Shown piece by piece: positions 13,787-27,400 of a stretch of 64,000 nt of DNA (its first letter is position 1; each line of letters starts with the position of its first letter). A model generated the notes under the pieces. The model did not search any database and was not told where the DNA came from. It saw only the letters and a list, made by a program, of their open reading frames with translations. The stretch covers positions 12,418,986 through 12,482,985 of the forward strand of contig JAHRHZ010000140.1 in assembly GCA_024137785.1 (NCBI GenBank), written 5' to 3'. The position numbers and the translations under genes were made by a program. The stretch is from Ginglymostoma cirratum. Lineage: Eukaryota.

Positions 13787-13888
13787 ACACAAAAACAAAT
13801 TGCTGGAAAAGCTCAGCATGTCTGGCAGCATCTGTGAAGAAAAAATCAGAGTTAACATTTTGGGTCCGGTGACCCTTCCTCATAACAT
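13787..13888 (-). mobile_element. Mini-Penelope element with decayed hammerhead motif and 13-bp TSD
   Basis: TSD TAGTTCATTAAAG at 13774-13786 and 13889-13901; minus strand gttatgaggaagggtcaccggacccaaaatgttaac. Confidence 0.82.
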
Positions 13889-14436
13889 TAGTTCATTAAA
13901 GTCCTCTTGGAAAGGAAACATGCCATTCATACCCAGTTTGACTAATATAGTGGAGGAATGGACATTCAGTCTGGCTCAGTTGAGAAGACGGTACTGCAGG
14001 GCAAATAAGTAACGCAAAGATGTAATATTAATTGTTCCAATCCATAATCTATCAGTAAACTGATAATAGCACACCGTTGTCCAGACATCTGAAAATCTGA
14101 CACAGGCCCCGAGCAGAGTTACCCTGTAGCCTGATCTTGTTAAATATGTTTGCTAAAAGAGAACTCTTCTGTGTCCATCTACAGACCTGGGAAGAACTAA
14201 ATAAAAATCTGAAAAGTATGTCCTTTAAAAGTAAACATGTTTCTCTTTCTTTTGTAGTTTTTTCTTTGCCTGATACAATTATGTCAACTGAAATAGGCTC
14301 ATTCAGGTGATGGGTACACTTCCTTCAGTGAAGAGCAGCACAGCTAAACTTGACACTGCTTTCCATTAATGTCCACACACATACTTTCCATCAGGGGTCA
14401 CTATACTGCAATCAGATGGAGCCTATTTGATTTCTA

Positions 14437-15007
14437 GGATAACAAGTTGTACAGCTGGATGAACACAGCAGGCCAAGCAGCATCATAGGAGCAGGAAAGC
14501 TTGACGTTTCGGGCCTAGACCCTTCATCAGAAATGGGGGAGGGGAAGAGGGTTCTGAAATAAATAGGGAGAGAGGGGGAGGCGGATAGAAGATGGATAGA
14601 GGAGAAGATAGATGGAGAGGAGACAGACTGATCAAAGAGGCGGAGATGGAGCCAGTAAAGGTGAGTGTAGGTGGGGAGGTAGGGAGGAGATAGGTCAGTC
14701 CAGGGAGGACGGACAGGTCAAGGGGGCAGGATGAGGTTAGTAGGTAGGAGATGGGGGTCAGGCTTGAGGTGGGAGGAGGGGATAGGTGGGAGGAAGGACA
14801 GGTTAGGGAGGCGGGGACGAGCTGGATTGGTTTTGTGATGCCGTAGAGGGAGGGGAGATTTTGAAGCTTGTGAAGTCCACATTGATACCATTGGGCTGCA
14901 GGCTTCCCGAGCGGAATATGAGTTGCTGTTCCTGTAACCTTCGGGTAGCATCGTTGTGGCACTGCAGGAGGCCCAGGATGGACATGTCATCTGCGGAATG
15001 GGAGGGG
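14437..15007 (-). mobile_element. 5'-truncated Penelope-like element (GIY-YIG C-terminus, 3' UTR, hammerhead)
   Basis: MSILGLLQCHNDATRRLQEQQLIFR.GSLQPNGINVDF as at 50552-50670; ~21-bp TSD gatgga(gc/a)ctatttgatttcta at 14415-14436 and 15008-15028. Confidence 0.9.
14499..14533 (-). ncRNA. Minimal type I hammerhead ribozyme motif with intact core
   Basis: ttt-CTGATGA-A-GGGTctagGCCC-GAAA-C-GTC-aag. Confidence 0.72.
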
Positions 15008-15684
15008 GATGGAACTATTTGATTTCTAACCTTGTTTTTAACTGACGTGTCTGACTGCTAACTAGCTTGGTTAAAATAAGCCAAGTCCAGTATACATCTG
15101 GGGCCAGCCCCTTCCTTAGATGTTCTTCTAAGATCTTCTTAGCCTGTCCGCTAAGCAATTATTACTCTTTAAACATTCAGCAGGAAATATTTATTTTTGT
15201 CCACAAGGTGGCTACAAATCTCCTGTTTCACCTTCCACTCTGCAGGAACTGTTCTGGGTGCACTAACATAACTCTTCCCCACTCAGCCCATGAGGACAGG
15301 AAACAATGAGAGAGGTTAATTTAGTACTGCTGCTTCTTAAAATGTACTGATCAGTGCTCCAATACATTATAAAGTCTTTAAGACGATTAAAGGCATTTAC
15401 AAAGTAGATAGAGATAAATTGTTTCTTCTGTGTGAAGAAATGCTTCAGGACCACTCCATCCCCTCTCCCACACCAATCAAGGTTTATTCGGAGCTTTCAA
15501 AATTCAGACTGATAGATTTTTGTTGGGTAAGGAAGTTCATAGTTAAGGAACCTAGGTGGGATAAATGGAATTAAGGTACAGCTTAGCCACAATATAACTG
15601 AATACAAGTTGAGTTGATGAGTTCCCCTCTGATGTTTCTAAATATCAAGTGAATTTATGCATGGGACAGTGAGCTCTCGTTATT

Positions 15685-17660
15685 ATAGAGTCATGGAAAC
15701 GGACCCTTCGGTCCAACCAGTCCCTCCCGATCACGTGCCCAAACCAAACTAGTCCGACCTGCCTGCATTTGGCCCATATCCTTCCAAACCTTTCCTTTTG
15801 ATGAACTTATCCAAATTTCTTCCAAATGTAACTGACCTGCATTCACCACTTTATCTGGCAGTTCATTCCACATACAAACCATTCTCTGTGTAAGAAGATT
15901 GCCCCTCATGTCCTGTTTAAATCCTTCTCCCTTCACTTTAAAAATATGCCCCCTAGTTTTGAATGCCCCCACCCTATGGAAAAGACCCTTGCTATTCACC
16001 ATTTCTATGCCCCTCATGATTTTGTAAACCTCTACAAGGTCACCTCTCAACCTTCTACGCTCTAGTTAAAAAATTCCCAGTCCATCTTTATAATGTCAGA
16101 AATCACACGACACCAGGTTATAGTCCAACAGGTTTATTTGAAAACACAAACTTTTGGAGACTCACTCCATCTTCAGGTGTTACTGAGGTGGTATCAGACA
16201 CAGAAAGTATAAGTAAAAGATCAAAGAGTCACACCACTGATGAGGATGTATTAAACAAACATAAGATGTTGTTAAGTCTTTAATCAGTTAGAAGGTTTTA
16301 ACTGAAGCGTTGTTTAGAATCTGTTTGTGTTTTGGTTTGGAGCCAGATTAGTTTTATTTCTACAGTAGGAATTTATAAAAAGCCATATTGACTGACTGTC
16401 TATAAATTGTGTGCTTTTTGAACAAAATAGAATGCAAATACAAATACACCCCATCTACTTATGTGTGTGGGGAGTGGAGAGAGAGAAAGAGATGGGGAAG
16501 ACAGAGTGACAGTGTGTGTGGGAGAGAAAGAGAGAGTGTGTGTGTGTGTGTGGAAGAGACAGAGTGTCTGTGTGGGAGAGAGACAGAGCGAGGCAGTGTG
16601 TGTGTGAGGGAGAGAGTGTGAGTATGTGCACATGCGTGGGACAGAGTGTGTGTGGGAAAGTGTGTGTGTCTGAGAGAGAGAGAGTGTGTGTGACACTCAC
16701 ACAAATACACACACACACATTTGCAGATACATTCTATTTTGTTCAAAAAGCACACAATTTATAGACAGTGAGTCAATGTGGCATTTTATAAATTCCCATT
16801 TTAGAAATACAACTAGTCTGACACCAAACCAAAACACAAACAGCTTCTAAACAAGGCCTCACACCTAACATGCATTGTCTGACCTAAAATGTCATCTCTT
16901 CTTTACACTGATAAAACGTTTGGTTCTCTCAGGACAGTGACTGGAAAGGAATTCAGGGATTTACATATACAAATTAATCAATTAAAATCTTCTAAATGAT
17001 TAAAGATTGAACAGCCTCTTAGGTTGTTTAATACATCCTCATCCAGTGTTGTGACCCTTTGATCTTTTACGTATAAATTCTGTGTCTGATACCACTTCAC
17101 TAACACTTGAGGAAGCAGCGAGGCTCCGAAAGCTTGTGTTTTCAAATAAACCTGTTGGACTATAATGTGGTGTTGTGTGATTTCTGACTGTGTCCACCCC
17201 AGTCCAACACCGGCAACTCCACATCATATCATTATAACTCAAACCCTCCATTCCTGGTAATATCCAGATAAATCTTCTCTGAACCCTCTCCAATTTAATA
17301 ATATCCTTCCTGCAGCAGGACGACCAGAACTGTACATAGTACTCCAGAAGAGGTCTCACCAATGTCCTGTACAACCTCAACATGACATCCCAAATCCTAA
17401 ACTCAAAGGTCCAGACGATGAAGGCAACAGTGCTAAACCATCCTGTCTACGTGGACACAAATTTCAAAGAATTATGTACCTGATCCCCTAGGTCTCTCTG
17501 TCCTACAACACCATTCAGGGCCCTGTCATTAACTGTAAAAATCCTGCCCTTGTCTGATTTACCAAAATGTAATACCTCGCATTCATCCAAAGTAAACTCC
17601 ATCTGCCTCACCTCAGCCCAGGGGGCCAACTGATTAAGATCGCTTTGTAATCTTAGATCA
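15685..17660 (-). mobile_element. CR1 LINE 3' portion, split by the palindromic PLE derivative at 16094-17227
   Basis: ORF2 C-terminal remnants: LYRTLVRPLLEYYVQFWS..DIIKLERVQRRF; RGDLVEVYKIMRG..TRGH.FKV..WNELP. Confidence 0.88.
16094..17227. mobile_element. 1.1-kb palindromic non-autonomous PLE derivative with a central GA/GT microsatellite and 10-bp TSD
   Basis: 16094-~16450 is the reverse complement of ~16700-17189; TSD ATCTTTATAA 16084-16093 / ATCATTATAA 17228-17237; hammerhead-like motif in each arm. Confidence 0.85.
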
Positions 17661-18108
17661 CAAATCCCTAATGTTTTGAACATTGCTATTAAATCTCTTA
17701 TAAATCATCTTCAACAAGAAAGACAGCTTTTTCAGGATCACTGTATAAAGCCCTAGTTCCTGGTACCACTGCAGTAAATCTCCTTTAGTACCCTTTCCAA
17801 AGCCATGACATTTTTCTTAAAATTGTGCCCCAGAATTGGACACAGCAGATTGATGCAGGTTTAGCCTTCCCTACATTTTACTCTGTAACCCTGTGGATAA
17901 AGGATAAATCACTCTGTTTTCTCAGATTGTAAAGCTCACAGATGGCGAAGGTATTTCATTTTACAGATACATTAAAAACCCTCAAAGCAGATAGCTCAGC
18001 CTGGACTTGGAGGTGAACTGGTGGGTCCGTGGCCTGTATGGTGCTATATCAAACTGGGCGACACATGCACAAATACAGTGGAATGAGTCTCTGCCAACCT
18101 CAGGAATG

Positions 18109-18470
18109 TCACCAGTCCCTCTCATGTGGCTTCCTGTAAGGCAGTCCCAGGTGCTCAAAGATGTCTTGCTCGGTTGTCGTGGAAATGATTACTCCTGTGG
18201 TGAGTTTGGCACTGCCCTTCCTAAGGACGTGGTAGTTCAGCGAGTGCTCTGACAGGCTCATGCCCTTCGTCTTGGCCAAAGCCCGCATGGACCGATTAAA
18301 ATGTGCTGATCCAGTAAAGTACATCAGGGCACAGGCAAACTCACTGTATGGTACCACAATGATGTCAAGCCTCCGGTGACGGTGCCCAGGACCTGGAAGC
18401 CGGCAAACTCCCAGATATTTCTTCTGATCCCCGCTCTCTTCCTGGCTGACCAGGTCATCTGTTAGAAATC
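18109..18470 (-). CDS. POLL: POLL last coding exon, third catalytic Asp and thumb
   Basis: ttgaaag|GATTTC; [10 protein letters not shown]...[35 protein letters not shown]...PHERDW*. Confidence 0.97.
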
Positions 18471-21400
18471 CTTTCAATAACAAATTCAAGAATCAAACAT
18501 TGTCCAGAAAATATTCTGTGCTTGTGAAAATGTGAGATCTCTGTTTAAAAGCTACTCAGGAGAACCTTGAGTCAGGTGTACCAAGGTTAAATACAGAATA
18601 AAATTTCTACACTGCTCTCTTCAATCACACCCAGGACTGATACAATATTGGGTTATTTACTGAGTAAAGCTTCCTCTACTCTTTTAAACAGAAAGTAATG
18701 CATCCTCTACACTGTCCTCATTAAACACTCTCAGGGCAGGTACAGCCTGGGGTTAGGTGCAGACTAAGCTCCTTCTACACTGCACCATCGGACACCTGCA
18801 GGGCAGCAACTGCTGGGTCTTGTTCTGGATGATTTCCTCCAACAATATACATAAGTCCCAACCTTAAACAGTTGCCCATACTGCATTAAATAGTGACATT
18901 GTAGAAACCAACAGACAACTGCAGAGCACTCAGGCAGCGTGGAACTCTGCACCATCCAGGAAACTCATCAGTGGCAAATCTGAGGAATGTTTAATAATCC
19001 TTAATTTTTTTTTCTTTTCTTTATTCATTCACAGGATGAGGGCATCGCTGGCCAGGCAGCATTTATTGGCCATCTCAATTGCTCAGGGGGCAGTTAAGAG
19101 TCAACCACATTGCTGTGGGTCTGGAGTCACATGTAGGCCAGACCAGGTAAGGATGGCAGTTTCCTTCCCTAAAGGACATTAGTGAACCAGATGGGTTTTT
19201 CCTGACAATCAACAAATGGACTCATGGTCATCATTAGATTCTTAATTCCTGATATTTACTGAATTCAAATTCCACAATCTGCCCTGGTGGGATTTGAACC
19301 CGGGTCCCCAGAGCATTATCTGGGTCTCTGGATTAACAGTCCGGTGATAATATCATTAGGCCATAGTCTCCCCCGAATGATCCCTGATAGATTAGGCCTG
19401 AGGCTAAACAAATGAAAGGTGCATTTTTTGGGGGTGTGAGGGTAACAATAAGCTTCATGTCCATTACAGAACACTGATGATATTTTTGCTCCAAAACTCT
19501 GCCTGTATCCATTGTCCCATTTTTGTCTGAACACACTTACCTGTGTCCCTCAGACCAGCAAGGATCTTACTGAGGACACCTTGGTGCGATTTTCCATCTG
19601 GATGTGTGATGAGGACGTCTACATCACCACAGGTGGACCTCCCACGTCGATAGGAGCCACAAGCTACAGCAATCAGAGATGGATCGATTGACTGAGCCAT
19701 GTCCCCCACCTGGAAAACAAAGATAAGAAATACTGCTAATGAGAGATACTGGATCACTGCTTATACCCCTCTCAGCTCTGACAATGGATTACTGCTCATG
19801 ACCCTCTCTGCTGACAATGGATTACTGATAATCACTCACTCACCCTCAGTTGTTTCTCCTGTTCCTTATCTTTGGCACTCTCTTTCCTCAGTCTCATGAT
19901 CTTCTTTCATTCCCATCAAAGCTCCTGAACTCTTGCCTTCCCGAATGCAATTGGCAATTTCCCTCAACTCCACCTTCTAAGTGCTCCTAAACGGTCACTT
20001 CTGAACATATTAATGCTGAAATTTTGCAGTGAAGCCACAGACTGTAACTGTATTGTGAGGCAGCTGAAAGACTCTGGAGAGCTTCAGTCAATCCTACCTA
20101 ATCCATTTGACATACAGATAGACGGTATAATCCTGTTAATTCCTTTCTTAACTCCTTACAGCCTCAATAAGGTCCCAGTCGTTGCTGTCAATAATCCTAT
20201 CACTGAACAATGGCCTTTGCTCCCGTCAAACTGACAACTGTTGAGTCCTCTGATTGATTTGTGCACTGAGCTGATGTTTGCTCCCTCTAATCCAGGATAG
20301 GAGGCTATTCCCTATTTACACAGCACAGTGAAGTCGGAATGACACACTGCACCCCTTCCCTCCCCTGCTGAGCAACATTCCGTGGGTCTGATACTTCATG
20401 GCAGATGCCGTGGTTTTGAGCTTCTTGTTGTTCCCATGACAACTGCTGTGCATGTGTCGGTAAGCTCAGCAGGATTTGCCAATCACAGTGGAGTATATAT
20501 CTCTATTAGAGAATCACTTTCAACAGATTCCATTATTGCTTTCTCTGTATTAAATACTCCTGGGTTCTCCACCAAGTTCATTTAAAACCTGAGGACTCTG
20601 AGCTGCTCTTGTTTGTCGTGGTGTCACCTGTTTTGTGGGAAGGATTGGTATATTCCCTAGTCTGCAACATCAACAGCTTGAACTGATGTGTGCACCTGAA
20701 CACAAACAAAGTTCTCTGCAGGACCAGCAAATAAAATGTTGACACTGAGGCGGAAAAAGATATTTAGCCAAAGGATGGAATTCAATCCAAATAAGTGTGA
20801 GGCAACACACTTGGTCAGGACAGACAAAGCAAGGGAACACATGATGAATGATAGAAACCTGGGAGGTACTGAGGTTCATAGGGACCTTGGTCCATAAGTT
20901 CTTAAAGGTGGCGGGACAGGTAGATAAACTGGTTAAGAGCAGGGAGGTCATAGGTTATACTTTTAACTCTATATAAAACATTGGTTAAGCCACAGTGAGG
21001 GTATTGAGTGCACATTACAGAAGGGATGTAATTGCATTGGACAGGGTGCAAAGGAGATTTACCAGGATGCTGTCTGGGCTGGAGAATCTAATGATGACCA
21101 TGAAACGGTTGTTGATTGTTGGAAAAACCCATCTGGTTTACTGATGCCCTTTGGGGAAGGAAATCTGCCATCCTCAACTGGTCTGGCCTCGCCGTGACTC
21201 CAGACCCACAGCAATGTGGTTGATTTCTAACTGCCCTCTGGGCATTAGGGATGGGGAATAAATACCGGCCTGGCCAGTGATGCCCCCATTCCATGAAAGT
21301 GTATTGAGTGCACATTACAGAAGGGATGCAATTGCATTGGACAGGGTGCAAAGGAGATTTACCAGGATGCTGTCTGGGCTGGAGAGTTTTAATTATGAAA

Positions 21401-24400
21401 AGAGATGGGATAGACTGGGTTTGTTTTCCTTGGGGCACAGACTAAGGGGCGTGACGGTTGTATTGTATAAAATAATGATGGGCATAGATAGGGTAGATAG
21501 GAAGGAACTTTTCCCTTTGAATGGAAGGGTCAATGACCAGGGGCACAGATTTAAGGTAAGAGCCAGATGGTTAAGAGGGGATGTGAGGAAACATCTTTTC
21601 ATCCAGAGGGTGTTGGGAATCTGGAACTCACTGCCTGTGAGGGTAGTAGAAGGAGAAACCCTTATACTTAAGAAGCATTTAGTTGTGCACTTGCGATGAT
21701 GCCAAGGCATACAAGACTATGGGCCAAGTGACAGAAATGGGATTAGAATAGATTAGATTGTTGCTTCTGACTAGTGCAGACTCAATAATCAAAGGGCCTT
21801 TTTCTGTGCTGCAGACTTCTGTGGCACGACGACTATGACTCTATGATCAAATGTTTGATTGAAGGTGCAGGTTTTAAGGAATGTCTTGCAAAGTAGACAG
21901 GCAGTGAGGTTTATGGAGGGAGTTACAGAGTCATAAAGTCATACAGCATGGTAACATTCCCTTTGGTCCAACCAGTCCATGCCGGCCATAATCCCGAAGT
22001 AAACTAGTCCCATCTGCCTGCGCTTGGCCCATATCCCTTCAAACATTTCTTATTCACTAGACTATTAATCCAAAGGCCCTTTAATGTTTTGGGGACTTGG
22101 GTTCAAATCACACCATGGCAGATGGTGAAGTTTGAATTCAATATAAGACTGGAATTAAGAATCTAATGATGACCATGAAATGGTTGTTGATTGTTGGAAA
22201 AACCCATCTGGTTTACTGATGCCCTTTGGGGAAGGAAATCTGCCATCCTCAACTGGTCTGGCCTCACCGTGACTCCAGACCCACAGCAATGTGGTTGACT
22301 TCTAACTGCCCTTTGGGCATTAGGGATGGAGAATAAATACTGGCCTGGCCAGTGATGCCCCCATTCCACGAATTAAAATATATTAAAAGAAAGAGAGAAG
22401 GTTGACAGATGGCGTGATGAGATACAGCAGAGTATTGTCAGCGTGGATTGTGTCACAAAGAAGATAGCAAGTAAGTGAGACAGGAGGGCAAGGACAGTTA
22501 GTTGGATGGCATTGATGGTTTGATTGCAAAGCTGAGTGATGCTGACAGCACAGGTTCAATTCCCGCACTGGCAGAGATTACCACTGAAGGTCCCACCTTC
22601 TGAACTTCAGCCTTGAAATGGGGGTGACCCTCAGGTTAAACTCACCACCACTTATCTGTTTCTAATGAGAGAGCAGCCCTAAAGTCCTCTGGAACTATGG
22701 TGACATTACCTTTGCCTTTATAGGATTAGGCAGGAAAAAGTGGTTGGTTTCCTTGAAGGGCAATGTAAGACCTTCGTGGATTTTTCAAAACAGCTTCCAT
22801 AAGATTTTTTAAAATTGAATTTTACAACTGGCCATGGTGGAATCTCTATTCACAACTCTGTGTTTCCGTATCCCCAAATCCCAAGCAACATATTTCCTCT
22901 CCCCAGAAACATTACAAGTTCGGCCTGTTTCTGAAACCTTGCCCCCAGATCCTCTATCCTGCAGATCATCTTCAATGCACCATGAATACCCTCAAATACT
23001 GCCTCCAAATTCCCAAATCCTGGAATATATGCAGAAAATAATAGCAAAAACTCAATAGTTCTGGCAGAGAGTGAAAAACAGCCAATGCTCGAGCTCTGTG
23101 ACCTTTCATCATAATTGGGAAACGTTAGAGAGGTAATAGGTTTTGAGCAAAGCATAGGTTGGACAAGGATGGGGAAGATCTATGATAGGCTCGAAAACAG
23201 GGGAGATGGGATGACAGAAAGGTTAGTCGTCCGGGACAAAGGGAATAGAGATGGGGCAGGAAAAGCAGCAAAGAATCAAAAGGTGTCCCGAAAGCAGGTA
23301 CTACTAGCTGAGAGAAAATAACAAAAGAACCAAAGGAAAGATAACAAAATGCAGAACAGATTATGGTCAGAAATTATTGAACTCAACATTGAGTTGCGAA
23401 GGCTGCAAAGTGCCTAACAGGAGATAAGATAGTATTCTGAAGTTTACATTGAGTGTCAATGGAACAGTGCACTAATCTAAGGACAGAAATGTCAGTATGA
23501 GAGCAAGGTGGAGAATTAAAAGACAGGTTGCAAGAAGCTCAGCGACACATTTGCGGACTGAACAGAAATGTTCTGCAAAGAAGTTATCAAGTCAACATTT
23601 GGTCTTCCCAATGTAGATACTGTGACCGTCAGTGGGCTTCTAATGAATATTAGTTATTAATAATGATCAATATAACCAGAAATCGAGACAGAGAACTCAA
23701 GAAAGGGAAAGGCGAGCCTAACTAGGACCTATCCAGATACCCATAGCAACACCTTTTACTCAAAAGGAGTGAAGTTGAAGGAAAAGTTACTCAAAGTGGG
23801 AATGAATTCTGCTAGGAGGTGGAGAGTAATGTTAAATGGGGATTGGTTGGGCCTCCCCAAATCACATCCCCACATTCTAAAATCCTAGCCAAGCCCGTCT
23901 ATAAATTTGGAAACAAAGTACATAGCACACACAACTTTTCCACAGTGGGACAGTAGGGATTTTCAGTTGAACTTGTTTGGGGGGAATAAGTAAGAGATGT
24001 GAACAGTTCTTTCAGATCACCAGCACAAGCACAGTAGAATAGGGAATGAGAAATAGAGAAATGAGGAACAGTTCTAACAGACAGAAGACACAGTGATGAG
24101 GGGTAAAATGGCCTTTATCTACATTATAAAATTCAATAATTCTCTTTTCTGATTGACCACACCATTGCGAAAAAGCAACAATCACATGCTTGTAACCAAA
24201 ACCAGCAGGTACTCACCATTTTTTCAATCTCCCCTGCCTCTTCCCGGGGCATTCGGTCTAGGAAATCATGATAGTGTTTGAGGCCAATGATCTGCTGCTT
24301 AGTCAGACTAGCTTTCATCTGAATATCATCCAAAGTTCTGAATCCCTGTAAAACATGTCTAAGTGTTAAAGCTTCTCAATCTAATGTGACAATAGGAAAA

Positions 24401-27400
24401 GAGCAATAATAAGAATTATTTCCTTTTCCAAGAAACAGAGTGAGTAGACTAGATCATGGGATGGAAGCATATTCAGATAGGAATAGACAGATCTCATTCA
24501 CAAGTGGGATAAAGCGTTAGTAAAACTGGACTGAATGGCCGAATGTTCTCTGACCATTTGCAAGCATTAAAGAAAGAAAACAAGTGCATTTGCTATGAAA
24601 GTTTCATTTTTAATCATTTTGTGCACTTGAATTTAAAGGATTGTGGATACCTGGATATTTTTAAAGGGGTCAATGAAAGGACATTGGAAAACTATCTTAA
24701 CGAGGCATTTCTTGGTTGTCAAATGTCTTGTAATAACTGCTTGTTTATTGGAATCCATCCAGTCGGGCTCATGACTGTCAGCTTTCAGTTTCTACTTTGG
24801 ATAGTGTTTAGTTGATGACCGCCTGATGAGCTTTCCAGCTTAGTTCTCCTGTTTCTGGAAAAATCCTTATTATGATTCAAATTTGAAACCTGATTGTCCT
24901 CTTGAAAAGTGCCCAAAAAAATCCATGACACTGTTTTGCATGTGTTTGCAAAGGTCTCAGAGATAACACTTGTCCATATCTTCCAGAATGTCAGCCATTT
25001 GAACACCTTATCCATTTTAGTTTTAAGAGCTAACCATCATTTAAACTAGAGTGGCAGGGGGACAGGAATCTGGGTGGGAAGACAAGAGTGAGGGAAACAA
25101 ACATGGAAATGAAAGACAGATAAGTGGAAAGCAAAACTGTAAGGCAGAAGAAACAAGGGCTAGCAGTAAACACAAATAAAATGTGCAATAAATCAAACCA
25201 ACAAGTTTAAAGGTGCTACATCTGAATGCACAGAGCATTCAAAATAGACAAAATAACAGCATCAATAGTTTTACTACAGTACTATATGATAGCAATTATG
25301 GACACATGGTTGCAGGTGATCAAGTCTGGGAACTTAACAAGGGTATACAATCTTTAGGAAGGACAGGAAAAATAGAAAAGAAGATGGCAGTGTTAGAGAA
25401 ACGTGAAATCAGACCAATCATGAGAAAGGATACTGGTTCAGGAAATTTAGATGTGGAATCAGCCTGGGTTGAGCTAACAAATAACAATTCCATTGGTAAG
25501 AGCTGTATCTAGGCCTCCAAACTGTAGGGCTACGTTGGGAATGACATTAAATAGGAAACTAGAGATGCATTCAACAAAGGTGCTACAGTAATCATGAGTG
25601 ATTTTAATCTACATGTAACTGAGTAAACCATGATGAATTCCTAGAGTGTTGTACAAGCTGGATTTTTAGAGCTGTACATTGAGGGACTAACTTGGAGTGG
25701 GTTATCCTCGATTTGGTTTTGTGCAATGAGAAGGGATTAGTAATCTTTTTGTGAGAGGTCCTTTAGGGAAAATATGACATAACATGATCATAGAACTATT
25801 CAGTGGGATAGCAAGTGAAAAAATCCAATTCAAAACTATTTGGGGATGTGATGACCTGGTGGTATTATCACTGAATAGTTAATCCAGAGATCCAAGTAAT
25901 ATTCTGGGGACCCGTGTTCAAATCCTACATGGCAGATGGCGGAATTTGAATCCAATAAAAATCTGGAATTAAGAGGCTAATGATGACCCTGAATCCATTG
26001 TCGATTGTCAGGAAAAACCGATCGGGTTCACTAATGTCCTTTACGGAACGAAACTGCCATCCTTACCTGGTCTGGTCTACCTATGACTCCAAATCCACAG
26101 CTATGTGGTTGATTCTTAACTGCCCTCTGGGCAATAAACGCTGGCCTAGCCAGTGACGTCTACATCCAGTGAATGAATTAAAAACTAACATGGATGAAGA
26201 ACTTGTTAGCAGACAAGAAATGGAGATTAGCAATAAGTCAGTAATTTTGGAGTGGAAGGCAATGTCAAGTGGGATACAACAGGGATCAGTGCTTGGGCCC
26301 CCACTATTCACAATATGGATCAATGATTTAAATGAGGGAATTGAGTGCAATACTTCCAAGTTTGCTGATGAAACAAAACTAGGTGGTCAGGAGAATGTAA
26401 AGAAGTTTCAAGGCAATTTAGACAAGTTGTTTGAGTGGGCATAAATGGCAGATGCAGGATCAGGTGTAACACGCTGGATCTTGGAGCTGTTGACATTGTC
26501 TCTGCAAACTAAGAGCAGGAGGCCAAGAAGGTACTGACAATAAAATCAGGAATCTGCTCAGAGAATTATATAATATTGCAGAATCTGCTTCCACCTGCTG
26601 GTACCACATCTGGGCTGTCTTCACACCAGCTCCCCAGATGTTTGAGAAGGTTTCCAGCACTGGGACACTCTCACTGATGTAGTCAAGCTTGCGCAGGTGC
26701 CCACTCTCCAATATCTCTCTGATTTTCTCAGCCATTCGTTTGCCAATGCCAGGGATCTTACATGCTTCCTGTGGACGGGTAAAGAGAAACCGGCTCCAAA
26801 ATGTATTCATGTATACAAATCAAGCTAAATTTTTAAGATTATTAACAAAATGCACATGCCTTCACTTTATTAATAGAGTACAAAATCAAGAATGTTACAC
26901 TAAAGCTTTATAAAACACTGGTTTAGCCACAGCTGAAGGACTGTGGCCACTTTTGGCACCATTCTTTAGGAACAAACAAACCTGGGCTCCCAGGGGATTG
27001 CTCATTGCCCAGCAGGGTACTGTACCTGATTGGGAAGGGGTTGCCCACTGAGAGTCATACACCTGCCCTTACTGCCAAAATCCTTTCTCCACACCCCTGC
27101 GATTGCCACCTGATGACCTCCATCCTGCCATTACTCATTTGTGCTTGGGACCCTCTTCAATCTGAGGCTTTGGGTAGGTGTCTAATGGCAGTAACCACCA
27201 TTATCTCCACAAGGGGCAGTGCCCTTCATGTAAGTGCCAGCCTCTGATCGGCCAGCAGTTCTTGTTGGGACTTCTGAACCCCCTTTCCTTGATCACAGGG
27301 TAGGGGCTGCCACTGGCCTTTTAAGAGCTGGAATGCCACTCAATGTGATGGACCTTCCTGAAGAGAAGTTAAGCAGGGCTCTGACCAGTTCTCTTAACTG

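Noticed and set aside
16400-16764. His/Thr/Cys/Val-rich ORFs
   Set aside because: Translations of GA/GT microsatellite.
19320-19372. tRNA-like A/B boxes here and at 4500-4565, 22090-22120, 25845-25930
   Set aside because: SINE heads, not cloverleaf tRNA genes.
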